Assembly: GCA_900319955.1 (NCBI GenBank)
Contig: ONQM01000003.1
Coordinates: 17,654 to 81,653 of the forward strand
Source of the DNA: an uncultured Eubacteriales bacterium
GTDB lineage: Bacteria > Bacillota_I > Bacilli_A > RF39 > UBA660
Direction: 5' to 3'
Length of the DNA: 64,000 nucleotides
A model generated the notes under the pieces. That model made no database searches. It worked only from the letters and a program-made list of their open reading frames with translations, and was not told the origin of the DNA. Below, piece after piece: positions 18,546-27,014 of this stretch. The translations under genes and the position numbers were made by a program. How positions within the stretch are numbered: position 1 is the stretch's first letter; the number at the start of each line of letters is the position of its first letter.

Positions 18546-20102
18546 TTATTTTATATCTAATATGTACCTTTTATTTCTTATTGTACATATTATATCTAAA
18601 TCATTACTTGATGCCTCTTTATTTGTTAATTTAATAAATACTTCTTTACCATCATTATGAGTTGAAACTGCATTTTTTACATCATCATATTTATATTTTT
18701 TACTCTTTCCTACTCTGTATTTAATTTTACCATACTCATTTAAAAAGTCAATAAAATCTTCCCCTTCAAAGTCACTACCAGCAAAAGTAATTTTGAGTAT
18801 TTTGCCTTTATTATTTCTTACACTATCTGTATTTACCTTACAGTCATCAGCAGCTTCACAGTAGTATCTTCTATAAGTAAAATTATCACCAATCTCTGCA
18901 GTTAATGGAGTTAACTCTTTATAACTTCCATCCATATATTCAAATTTAATTTTTTTATTTAAATTATAAGTACCAATATCTTTGATATTGCTTATATCAG
19001 TAATATTTAATTTTATTTTTCTTAATATATTTAGATTATCTAGCTCCTGATAATATAAAACAAACTTATTATTCTTAAGCTTCTCATCTTCCTTAAATAT
19101 TAAATAAACTTTCTTGCCTTGTCCACTATATAAGTTGATGTTATCATCAACCCCACTACCAATATCTTTAAATGAATCATTATAAAATGTATTATAAATT
19201 TTTATAGATGATTTATTAACTAAATGATATCTATCAAAATTAACTGTAACTCTTCTATTAGATCTATTAATAACATTAACACCAATTATTACAAACTTAT
19301 TTCCCTTTTCTATAACATTACCTGCATAATCTTTATCAGTAACATAAGCATCAGTAATAGTAATATTATAAATACCAGCATTAAAGCTTTTACCTTGCTT
19401 ATAACTTCTATGTGTTATAAAGAAATTAAATATATTAAATATAAGTATTATTGAAAGTCCAGTAAGAGCTATATTACAAACAAGCTTATGTTCAAAGTAA
19501 AAATACTTAATATTTCTTAAAACTCTATTAAATACCCTTCTAATACTTCTTTTATCAAAGTCAAAAGATACTTCAAACTCTGCTCTATCATCTTCAGAAA
19601 GCTCTAAGAATTCTTTATCTTTTTCGAATCCAAACTTCTTAATATCTGCTCCAAGTATTCTAGCAAGTAAAAGAAACATAATAGGATACATTAGGAAATG
19701 ACTTATATTAATAATATCTCTATAAGGAAGAATACCTGAAAGTTCTGAAAGAGGAGTATAATCACTAAAGTAATTTGAAGCTCCATTAACGCCAACAAGA
19801 ACTAAAACAAATATAGCAAAATAAACAAGATAAATCTTCCAAGGTTTTTTCTTTCTAACAAGAAGTACCATTAAAGCAAGACATGCAAGAATAACAAATA
19901 TAACTGCTAAATAGAAAAGTACTCCAACATGACTTGAAAAGGACTCTACACTAGCATCATAAGACTCAAATCTAATAAACTCCTTAACAAAATTTAATAT
20001 ATTAAGAAGTTTAAAATAAATGAAAACTACACATGCTAAAATAACTATATGTATTTTCTTAAAGTTTTTAATTAAAAAGGCATAAGGTTTTCTAAATATC
20101 AT
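18546..20102 (-). CDS. Polytopic membrane protein (4-5 N-terminal TM helices) with a large C-terminal extracytoplasmic domain; first gene of the operon
   Basis: 518-aa ORF, hydrophobic N-terminal third and a soluble C-terminal domain. It is preceded by a 190-bp intergenic region. Confidence 0.6.
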   Translation of the reverse strand: MIFRKPYAFLIKNFKKIHIVILACVVFIYFKLLNILNFVKEFIRFESYDASVESFSSHVGVLFYLAVIFVILACLALMVLLVRKKKPWKIYLVYFAIFVLVLVGVNGASNYFSDYTPLSELSGILPYRDIINISHFLMYPIMFLLLARILGADIKKFGFEKDKEFLELSEDDRAEFEVSFDFDKRSIRRVFNRVLRNIKYFYFEHKLVCNIALTGLSIILIFNIFNFFITHRSYKQGKSFNAGIYNITITDAYVTDKDYAGNVIEKGNKFVIIGVNVINRSNRRVTVNFDRYHLVNKSSIKIYNTFYNDSFKDIGSGVDDNINLYSGQGKKVYLIFKEDEKLKNNKFVLYYQELDNLNILRKIKLNITDISNIKDIGTYNLNKKIKFEYMDGSYKELTPLTAEIGDNFTYRRYYCEAADDCKVNTDSVRNNKGKILKITFAGSDFEGEDFIDFLNEYGKIKYRVGKSKKYKYDDVKNAVSTHNDGKEVFIKLTNKEASSNDLDIICTIRNKRYILDIK

Positions 20103-20244
20103 AATTACTATTCCCCTTTACTCTAAGATAATTATAAACTTTTAAAGCAAATTTGACAATAAGAAAGTAATAGGTTATATCATTAAGCAGAAAGAGGTGT
20201 CCCGCATCAAACATTTTTTACTGGTGGGAGGCTCCCCTTTTTCT

Positions 20245-20274
20245 CTTGATTAAATAATTATATATATGTTATAA
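20245..20274 (+). promoter_or_regulatory. Sigma-A-like promoter for the thioredoxin-like lipoprotein gene
   Basis: TTGATT (20245-20250), a 17-18-nt spacer, then TATAAT-like ttataat (20268-20274). GAGG lies 8 nt upstream of the ATG at 20296. Confidence 0.4.
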
Positions 20275-20295
20275 TTTTTTCTGGAATGAGGTTAG

Positions 20296-20703
20296 ATGAT
20301 GAAAAAAGTAGTAAAAGTATTATTAATAGTTATTTCTTTAATGTTACTAACTGGTTGTAAAAATAATATGGAAAGAATTACATATAGTGATTTAGAAGAT
20401 AAAATAAAAGATAAAGATACATTTATAATGGAAGTATCACAAGATGGTTGTAGTCATTGTGAAGAATATAAACCAATTATAGATGAAGTATTAAACGATA
20501 ATAATTTAACAGCATATAATTTAAATATAACTTATCTAAGTGAACAAGATTATAATAAATTTGATAAAAAATATACATTTGAAGGAACACCAACAACTAT
20601 GTTCTTTAAAGATGGTAAAGAAGTTTTATCAAGTAGACTTGTAGGTACAGTTAGTAAAACAAAATTAAAGAAAGAATTAAAAAGATTAGGTTACATCAAA
20701 TAA
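20296..20703 (+). CDS. Secreted thioredoxin-fold lipoprotein (CxxC thiol-disulfide oxidoreductase-like)
   Basis: Lipobox LLTGC. CxxC motif CSHC. cis-Pro-type motif EGTPTTMFF. 135 aa. Confidence 0.75.
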   Translation: MMKKVVKVLLIVISLMLLTGCKNNMERITYSDLEDKIKDKDTFIMEVSQDGCSHCEEYKPIIDEVLNDNNLTAYNLNITYLSEQDYNKFDKKYTFEGTPTTMFFKDGKEVLSSRLVGTVSKTKLKKELKRLGYIK

Positions 20704-20722
20704 CCTAATCTTTTATTATTTA

Positions 20723-21175
20723 TTACTCTAAAAACATCTTTCTAGTTACAAAATTAAATACCATAACAATTACTGTTGAGATAACTTTAGATATCATTGC
20801 ATTCATAGATAATATATTAATAAATAAATGTAGTAAAATTTCTGTGATAATAAGACCAACAATACTAAATATCATAAATTCTATAAACATTTTCTTCCTG
20901 CTCTTATTCTTATTAACATCAAATACCCATCTTACACTAGCACTATAATTATAAATTACAGAAACAGAAAAAGATAAAATATTTGCAATTAATGGATCAA
21001 CATGTAAAAACTTATAAACTATATAATAAACTATCCAGTCAATAAGTGTTGCAATACCACCTACTATTCCAAACTTAAATATTTGAATTAATAAGTTAGT
21101 AGTTTTATCACTTGTTTTTATATGTAACTTCTTTAAAACTTTTCTTACAAATCTACTTGTCTTGTCATCTTTCAT
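20723..21175 (-). CDS. gtrA: GtrA-family membrane protein (polysaccharide biosynthesis/translocation)
   Basis: 150 aa, 4 TM helices. FGIVGGIATLIDWIVYYIVYKFL is typical of GtrA-like proteins. Confidence 0.75.
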   Translation of the reverse strand: MKDDKTSRFVRKVLKKLHIKTSDKTTNLLIQIFKFGIVGGIATLIDWIVYYIVYKFLHVDPLIANILSFSVSVIYNYSASVRWVFDVNKNKSRKKMFIEFMIFSIVGLIITEILLHLFINILSMNAMISKVISTVIVMVFNFVTRKMFLE

Positions 21176-21197
21176 AATCTTTTCCTCTAAAAAGATT

Positions 21198-22973
21198 TTA
21201 CTCTACTGTTACACTTTTAGCAAGATTTTTTGGCTTATCTATATCACAACCCCTCAGATCTGCAACATAATAAGAAAGAAGCTGTAAAGCTGGAACTACT
21301 ACCATAGGTTCAATAAAGTATTCTGCATAAGGAAGTGTAAGTTTTAAATCATAAGGAATATCAAACTCATCTGTTGTAATAAGTATACCTCTAGCACCTC
21401 TTGACTCAACCTCTTTTAAATTAGAAAGGGTCTTATCTTTAATATTTTTATCAGTGATAATTGCAAAAACCACTGTTCCATTTTCTATTAATGAAATAGT
21501 ACCATGCTTAAGCTCACCTGATGCATAACATTCACTATGAATATATGAAACTTCCTTTAACTTTAAAGATGCTTCCATAGAAATTGCATAATCTATAAGT
21601 CTTCCTATAAAGAAACAATTATCTATTTTATATACTTTATTAGCAAGATCTTTAATTTCTTCTTTTTTACTATAAACATTTTCAATTAAAGAAGGTAACT
21701 TTTTATATTCATCAAGAACATTTTTTTCGAGTTTACCAATTTTAATAGATGTCTTAATGCCCATTAATGAAAGAACAAGTACTTGCATAATATATGCTTT
21801 AGTTGTTGCAACAGCAGTTTCAATACCAGCATCAGTCATAATAACCATATCTGACTCCCTTGCAATAGTTGAGCCTTCTCTATTAACTATACCAAGAGTT
21901 TTAATACCACTTTCTTTAGCTTCTCTTAAAGCTGCAATAGTATCTGCTGTCTCACCACTTTGTGATATTAAAATAATTAATGTATGTTCTTTATCTAAAT
22001 ATATTTTATCTTCATATCTATATTCACTTGCCATATTAACACTTACCTTAATAGATGCATACTTTTCAATTATATATTTACCAGCAAGTCCTGCATGCAT
22101 TGCAGATCCACATGCAACAATATCTATGTATTTATAAGGAGTAAGATCAAACTCACTAAAATCACTATATAAATACTTTGAAAGAAAACACCTAACTAAT
22201 TGAGCTTCTTCCATTATTTCTTTAAGCATATAATGTTTATATTCTCCCTTAGATGTATCAAAATTATAATTTTTAATATCAACTATTTTTTCTTTTACTT
22301 CTTTTAAATCTTTATAATATTTAATATCTTTTTGAGATAATACAGCGACAACATTTGTATCTAAATAAACTATTGATTTAACTTTATTTCCAAGTGCACT
22401 AATATCAGATGCTGCAAAAAACTCATTATCACCATACCCAATAATTAAAGGACTATCTTTTCTTATTGCATAAAGTTTTGTATCACCATCAAACATAATA
22501 ACAAGTGCATAACTTCCCTCTAAATCTTTAACTGCATCACAAATAGCTTTTAGTGCATCACCCTTATAGTAATAATTTATTAAAGCAGCAACTACTTCAC
22601 TATCAGTATCACCATAAAACTTAACACCTTTTTTCTTTAAATTCTCTTTTAATGAATCACTATTTTCAATAATTCCGTTATGAACAAGTGTTACCTTACC
22701 ATTTGTATGAGGATGAGCATTTGATAAAGTAACACCCCCATTAGTTGCCCATCTAGTATGTGCTATACCAAATAAACCATCCATCTTACTTTCATTATTT
22801 ACTTTGTCTTCAAGAGCTTTAACTCTTCCAACACTTTTAATTATTTCTTTATTTTTACCATCAGAAATAGCTATTCCTGCTGAATCATATCCTCTATACT
22901 CTAATGCTTTAAGCCCCTCTATTAAAATCTTTTTAACATTTCTTTTTCCATTATAACCAATTATTCCACACAT
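21198..22973 (-). CDS. glmS: Glutamine--fructose-6-phosphate aminotransferase (isomerising)
   Basis: The true N-terminus is MCGIIGY, with the Ntn Cys2. The ORF-track start at 23069 is a spurious extension that reads through the ribozyme leader. The protein has a glutamine amidotransferase domain followed by two SIS domains, and GGAGG lies upstream of the ATG at 22973. Confidence 0.95.
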   Translation of the reverse strand: MCGIIGYNGKRNVKKILIEGLKALEYRGYDSAGIAISDGKNKEIIKSVGRVKALEDKVNNESKMDGLFGIAHTRWATNGGVTLSNAHPHTNGKVTLVHNGIIENSDSLKENLKKKGVKFYGDTDSEVVAALINYYYKGDALKAICDAVKDLEGSYALVIMFDGDTKLYAIRKDSPLIIGYGDNEFFAASDISALGNKVKSIVYLDTNVVAVLSQKDIKYYKDLKEVKEKIVDIKNYNFDTSKGEYKHYMLKEIMEEAQLVRCFLSKYLYSDFSEFDLTPYKYIDIVACGSAMHAGLAGKYIIEKYASIKVSVNMASEYRYEDKIYLDKEHTLIILISQSGETADTIAALREAKESGIKTLGIVNREGSTIARESDMVIMTDAGIETAVATTKAYIMQVLVLSLMGIKTSIKIGKLEKNVLDEYKKLPSLIENVYSKKEEIKDLANKVYKIDNCFFIGRLIDYAISMEASLKLKEVSYIHSECYASGELKHGTISLIENGTVVFAIITDKNIKDKTLSNLKEVESRGARGILITTDEFDIPYDLKLTLPYAEYFIEPMVVVPALQLLSYYVADLRGCDIDKPKNLAKSVTVE

Positions 22974-22989
22974 ATTTTTCCTCCACAAT

Positions 22990-23130
22990 AAAAATATATA
23001 TGATTCATCTTTTGTTATAATGTTAATTTTATACTTTGTAATGAATCTAACGATTTCCCGTAATAGCATCCGCCGAATAATTCGATAACTATTAACCTCG
23101 TTAACTTTAGAAGTCTGGCGCTTATAATAA
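22990..23130 (-). ncRNA. glmS ribozyme: glmS ribozyme (GlcN6P-dependent self-cleaving riboswitch) in the glmS 5' UTR
   Basis: The minus-strand RNA reads ...A^GCGCCAGACUUCUAAAGUUAACGAGGUUAAUAGUUAUCGAAUUAUUCGGCGGAUGCUAUUACGGGAAAUCG... This matches the conserved core AGCGCCAGAACU / GACGAGG / GUUAUCGAAUUUUCGGCGGAUGC, and the cleavage-site A-G maps to 23122/23121. Confidence 0.8.
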
Positions 23131-23217
23131 ACTTACAACCTTTCTCATTTATTATATTAAAATAATTATAATATTAAAAAAAAAGAAAGTCAAAATACTT
23201 TTGAAAAAAAATATATT

Positions 23218-24051
23218 CTACCTCTTTACATAAATTTTATTTTTCTTTTTACATTTTTCTTTAAATCTATTTTCTAAATACTTTAAAGCAGTATTAAACT
23301 TATACTCATACTTTTCTCTTTCATCAAGTGTTTCAATTTCATAATCTAAACTTATTAAATCATTAACATTTACCGAATTATCTAAGTCATAATCAAAAAT
23401 ATAATCATCATCATCTTCAAATTCATCAAAATCCATATCAGCATCAGGATCATCTACATCGTATAAGTCTTTCAAAAAGACACAATCATCAGTAAAGCTT
23501 GATGATATAACATTAGTTTCCATATTATCGATATTTAAGTAATAATAAATTGTATCTTTATATCCTGTATCTTTATCTTTTAAATATCTTTCACAATATA
23601 CATTATGTATATTAGAAAGACCTATTTCATAATCATCTTCATCATCTATTCTGTCAGCTTCCTCATAAACTCTTAACTTAGAATTATAAATAATATCTTT
23701 ACCACATTTATTATTTAAAACATAAACATCTTTATTTAAATTAAGATCTGTTGGATATTTAACTCCCTCCATATATATTGCAGGACTTAATTTAAATGTA
23801 AAACTATTAATAACATTTACTTTATCTTTAAACTCTATATGATCAAAAAAGCTAAGCTTGCTTTCACCATCATAACAAATAATTATAAATTCACCAATAC
23901 CAGCTTTATGTACTAAATAAATATCATTAGTTTTAAATTTATAAAATAAATTACCATTTACTAAATATTTATCTTTACCTATATCTTTTATTTTATAGTT
24001 ACTTTCTTCTTCTATAATTCTTTTAACTTTCATAACAAACTCCTTTAGCAT
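23218..24051 (-). CDS. Hypothetical protein with a strongly acidic C-terminal region
   Basis: 277 aa. C-terminal DVDDPDADMDFDEFEDDDDYIFDYDLD. No recognised family. Confidence 0.55.
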   Translation of the reverse strand: MLKEFVMKVKRIIEEESNYKIKDIGKDKYLVNGNLFYKFKTNDIYLVHKAGIGEFIIICYDGESKLSFFDHIEFKDKVNVINSFTFKLSPAIYMEGVKYPTDLNLNKDVYVLNNKCGKDIIYNSKLRVYEEADRIDDEDDYEIGLSNIHNVYCERYLKDKDTGYKDTIYYYLNIDNMETNVISSSFTDDCVFLKDLYDVDDPDADMDFDEFEDDDDYIFDYDLDNSVNVNDLISLDYEIETLDEREKYEYKFNTALKYLENRFKEKCKKKNKIYVKR

Positions 24052-24063
24052 AGTATTATAACA

Positions 24064-25248
24064 TTAATTATTTTTTTCTAAAAGACATAATGTTTCAAAA
24101 TGGTATGTTCTAGGGAACATATTAAATATCTTAATAAAAATAACATCATAATTTGTAAAAGATTTAATATCTCTACCAAGTGTTATTACATCACATGAAA
24201 CATAAATTATATTTTTTAAATTACTATCATTTAACATGTTAACTGTCTTATTATCAAGCCCTCTTCTTGGAGGATCAACTATTACTAAATCATATAAGTC
24301 TAAATTAATATTACTATTTTCTACTTTATTATTTATAAATCTAATATTATTTATGTTATTTAATCTTTTATTTTCTTCTGCATCTTTAATAGCATCACTT
24401 TCTACTTCAATACCTGTTACATTCTTAGCACAATCTGCGATATAGATGCCAATAGAACCTACTCCGCAGTATAAATCTAGTACATTCAAAGGTTTTATTT
24501 TACTAACTAATGCTCTAATATTTTCATACAAAAGATATGCAACTTCATCATTTACCTGAAAAAAAGACTTATTTCTAATATGATACTTCTTACTACCTAA
24601 CTCTTTAGTTATATATTTATTTGTTATACATTCATCATTTATATATAAACTAGTACATATTTTTTTAAATTTATCAATATTTTTAACATTACCATATAAA
24701 GAAAGCATAATGCCATCACCTGTTCTAATAACTATTTTATTAATATCTTCATCTTTTATTAAAGATCTTAAAATACTTATTTCTTCATTTATTTTTTTGT
24801 CTGCTATTAAGCATTTATCTATAAAAACAATATTATTACTTTCTTCTTCTAAAAGTCCTAATTTCCCATTTTCAACTCTTAAAGTTATTTTATTTCTATA
24901 TCCTAAAAATTTACTGAAAGATACATCTATATCCTTTATAGAAATACCAGCATAGTGAAGTAAAAGATCTTTAGCTCGCATCTTTTTAAACTCAAGTTCT
25001 TTTTCTTCCTTCATGTGAAAAATATTGCAACCACCACACTTTAAAAAGTATGGACAAACATTCTCTTCTCTTTCCGTGCTTTTATCAAGTACTCTATTAT
25101 TCTTACATATAATATACTTTTTATGCTCTTCTAATCTTTCTAAATCAATAAGTTCACCATCTAAAGCATTAGGAACAAATGCTATTTTATCATCTATATA
25201 TGTAATACCTCTTCCAAAATTATCTAATTTTTCTATTCTTTTATTCAT
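24064..25248 (-). CDS. rlmD: 23S rRNA (uracil-C5)-methyltransferase, RumA/RlmD family (TRAM plus 4Fe-4S plus SAM methyltransferase)
   Basis: Fe-S cysteines CPYFLKCGGC. SAM motif LDLYCGVGSIG. VIVDPPRRG and the nucleophile context HFETL. Confidence 0.85.
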   Translation of the reverse strand: MNKRIEKLDNFGRGITYIDDKIAFVPNALDGELIDLERLEEHKKYIICKNNRVLDKSTEREENVCPYFLKCGGCNIFHMKEEKELEFKKMRAKDLLLHYAGISIKDIDVSFSKFLGYRNKITLRVENGKLGLLEEESNNIVFIDKCLIADKKINEEISILRSLIKDEDINKIVIRTGDGIMLSLYGNVKNIDKFKKICTSLYINDECITNKYITKELGSKKYHIRNKSFFQVNDEVAYLLYENIRALVSKIKPLNVLDLYCGVGSIGIYIADCAKNVTGIEVESDAIKDAEENKRLNNINNIRFINNKVENSNINLDLYDLVIVDPPRRGLDNKTVNMLNDSNLKNIIYVSCDVITLGRDIKSFTNYDVIFIKIFNMFPRTYHFETLCLLEKNN

Positions 25249-25303
25249 ACAACCACCAAAAACAATTATACATAATATTATTATTTTTTGCCATAATAAT
25301 AGT

Positions 25304-26656
25304 ATGGAAAATATAAATAATGATTATAAAGAAAAAAGTCTTATATTAAATAATAAAGAATTAAAAATTTGTTATAATGAAGTATTAATTAATGGAGAGC
25401 GTGCTGAAAGAAATATATTAAAGCCTCTTATTAAAATTAAAGATTATAAAGATTTAGATAAAAAATTACCAACTTTAAACACAATTACTATTAAAGAAAA
25501 AGATTTAAACTATTATATAAATAATGGATTTGTAATAATTAAATATGACAAATATTATGCTATAGAATGTAGAAATACATATATGCTTGATAAACTAGAA
25601 TATGAAAAAAGTCAGTTTGCATCAAATATATCTTTTACAGAAAATATTAATAATAATTTATATTTAATTAGAAATAGAATTAAATCAAGTAAGTTAAAGT
25701 CAGTATCATTAGATATGGGGTCACTTACAAATACAAGATGTATAATTTTATATATTGATGGTATTACAGAAGAAAAACTTGTAAAAAAAATATATAAAAG
25801 ATTAAAAAGTATAAAAATAGATGGAATATTTGACTCATGTTATTTAAAAGATTATTTAAATAAATTTAGTATATTTCCAACAATTACAAGTACATTAAGG
25901 CCTGATAAAGCAAGTAGTATGCTCTTAGAAGGTAAAATAGTAATAATATCAGATAACTCTAATAGTGCAATAGTACTACCTAATATATTTATAGATTTCT
26001 TTCATACAATGGATGATTATTATTCATCCTATATACTTTCTTCTTTTATAAGAATAATAAGATTAATATCATTCTTTATAAGTGTATATTTACCAAGTAT
26101 TTATATGCTATCTATAAAAGAAAATTATACTTTCTTAAATAAAGAATTTGTAAAAATAATAAGAAAGTCATGTAATGGAACTATATTTAATATATTTTTT
26201 CAAATAATATTTTTAATAATAATATTTAATATATTAAGAGAGTCAGACCTACATAAAAGTGAAAATGGATCTGCAACATTTTCTCTTCTTGGAGGATTAG
26301 TCTTAGGTTCATCTGCTGTATTTTCTAAAATAGTAAGTCCAATATCACTCATTGTAATATCATTATCTACTATCTCAAACCTAGTATTTGATTCATATGA
26401 ATTTCAAAATACATTAAATATATTAAAACTATTTGTAGTTGTTATGTCATATATATTTAATACAAATGGATTTATAATATCAATAATTTTAATATTTATA
26501 GTGATAGTAACAACTAAATCATTTAATAAGAATTACTTCTATCCATTTATTCCATTTAATAGAAAATCTATAATAGATAGTATATTAAGAATAAAAGTTC
26601 ATAATAAATATAGAAATAAAATATTTACTAAGAATATAAAAAGAGGTAGAATCTAA
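25304..26656 (+). CDS. Spore germination protein, GerA-family A subunit (orphan)
   Basis: The true start MENINN is at 25304. The ORF-track start at 25025 overlaps rlmD on the opposite strand. LRPDKASSMLLEGKIVIISDNSNSAIVLPNIFIDFFHTMDDYYSSYI plus C-terminal TM helices are typical of GerAA/GerKA. No adjacent B or C subunit genes. Confidence 0.7.
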   Translation: MENINNDYKEKSLILNNKELKICYNEVLINGERAERNILKPLIKIKDYKDLDKKLPTLNTITIKEKDLNYYINNGFVIIKYDKYYAIECRNTYMLDKLEYEKSQFASNISFTENINNNLYLIRNRIKSSKLKSVSLDMGSLTNTRCIILYIDGITEEKLVKKIYKRLKSIKIDGIFDSCYLKDYLNKFSIFPTITSTLRPDKASSMLLEGKIVIISDNSNSAIVLPNIFIDFFHTMDDYYSSYILSSFIRIIRLISFFISVYLPSIYMLSIKENYTFLNKEFVKIIRKSCNGTIFNIFFQIIFLIIIFNILRESDLHKSENGSATFSLLGGLVLGSSAVFSKIVSPISLIVISLSTISNLVFDSYEFQNTLNILKLFVVVMSYIFNTNGFIISIILIFIVIVTTKSFNKNYFYPFIPFNRKSIIDSILRIKVHNKYRNKIFTKNIKRGRI

Positions 26657-26730
26657 TCTATCTATTTTAATCTATCCCAAAGTATATGGTCTATTCTTAG
26701 TTCCATATCCTCGCATACCCTTATGGTATC

Positions 26731-26765
26731 AAAAAAAAAAAAAAAAAGGTCAATATTTTTGACCT
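26731..26765 (-). terminator. Rho-independent terminator (minus strand): hairpin followed by a 17-nt U tract
   Basis: Read on the minus strand, the sequence is AGGTCAAAAATATTGACCT followed by T17 (plus-strand A17 at 26731-26747). It lies about 250 nt downstream of the gene ending at 27015. Confidence 0.5.
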
Positions 26766-27014
26766 AAAAAGTGTAAAGTAACTATTTATATTTTTTATTG
26801 TGATAGATCTATTACAAGATATGCTATTTCTTCTTTTACTGAAAATAATTCTTAAGAATTAATTTGAGGGGACAAAAATCAAGCGCTTAACTTTAACCAG
26901 TTAGGCGCATTTCTATCATTTTTGAGATTACCTAGCATATGGAAACTAGATATTTCTCTTTTTTATTGTATGCAAGAATTTTCTTGCTATCTAAGTATTA
27001 GCATATTTATTTTT

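Noticed and set aside
20180-20240. GC-rich palindromic-looking patch (ggtgtcccgc ... ggtgggaggctcccc ttttt) upstream of the thioredoxin gene as a possible terminator or riboswitch
   Set aside because: The stem pairs are short (4 bp or less of perfect complementarity) and the loop is too small. No upstream plus-strand gene needs a terminator there. It is more likely part of the divergent promoter region.
22974-23069. N-terminal 32 codons of the ORF-track glmS ORF (MLLREIVRFITKYKINIITKDESYIFLLWRKN)
   Set aside because: This stretch overlaps the glmS ribozyme. The true start is MCGIIGY at 22973, preceded by GGAGG.
25025-25303. N-terminal 93 codons of the plus-strand 543-aa ORF preceding MENINN
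   Set aside because: It overlaps rlmD on the opposite strand and is low-complexity Leu/Ser-rich. The GerA homology starts at the internal Met (25304).
26646-26660. 15-nt exact repeat GTAGAATCTAATCTA (19 of 23 nt with flanks) also present at 30746-30760, as a possible intergenic repeat element
   Set aside because: Both copies sit on stop codons of unrelated genes. Exact 15-mers are expected by chance at this AT content in 64 kb (on the order of tens of pairs). No extended similarity beyond about 23 nt.
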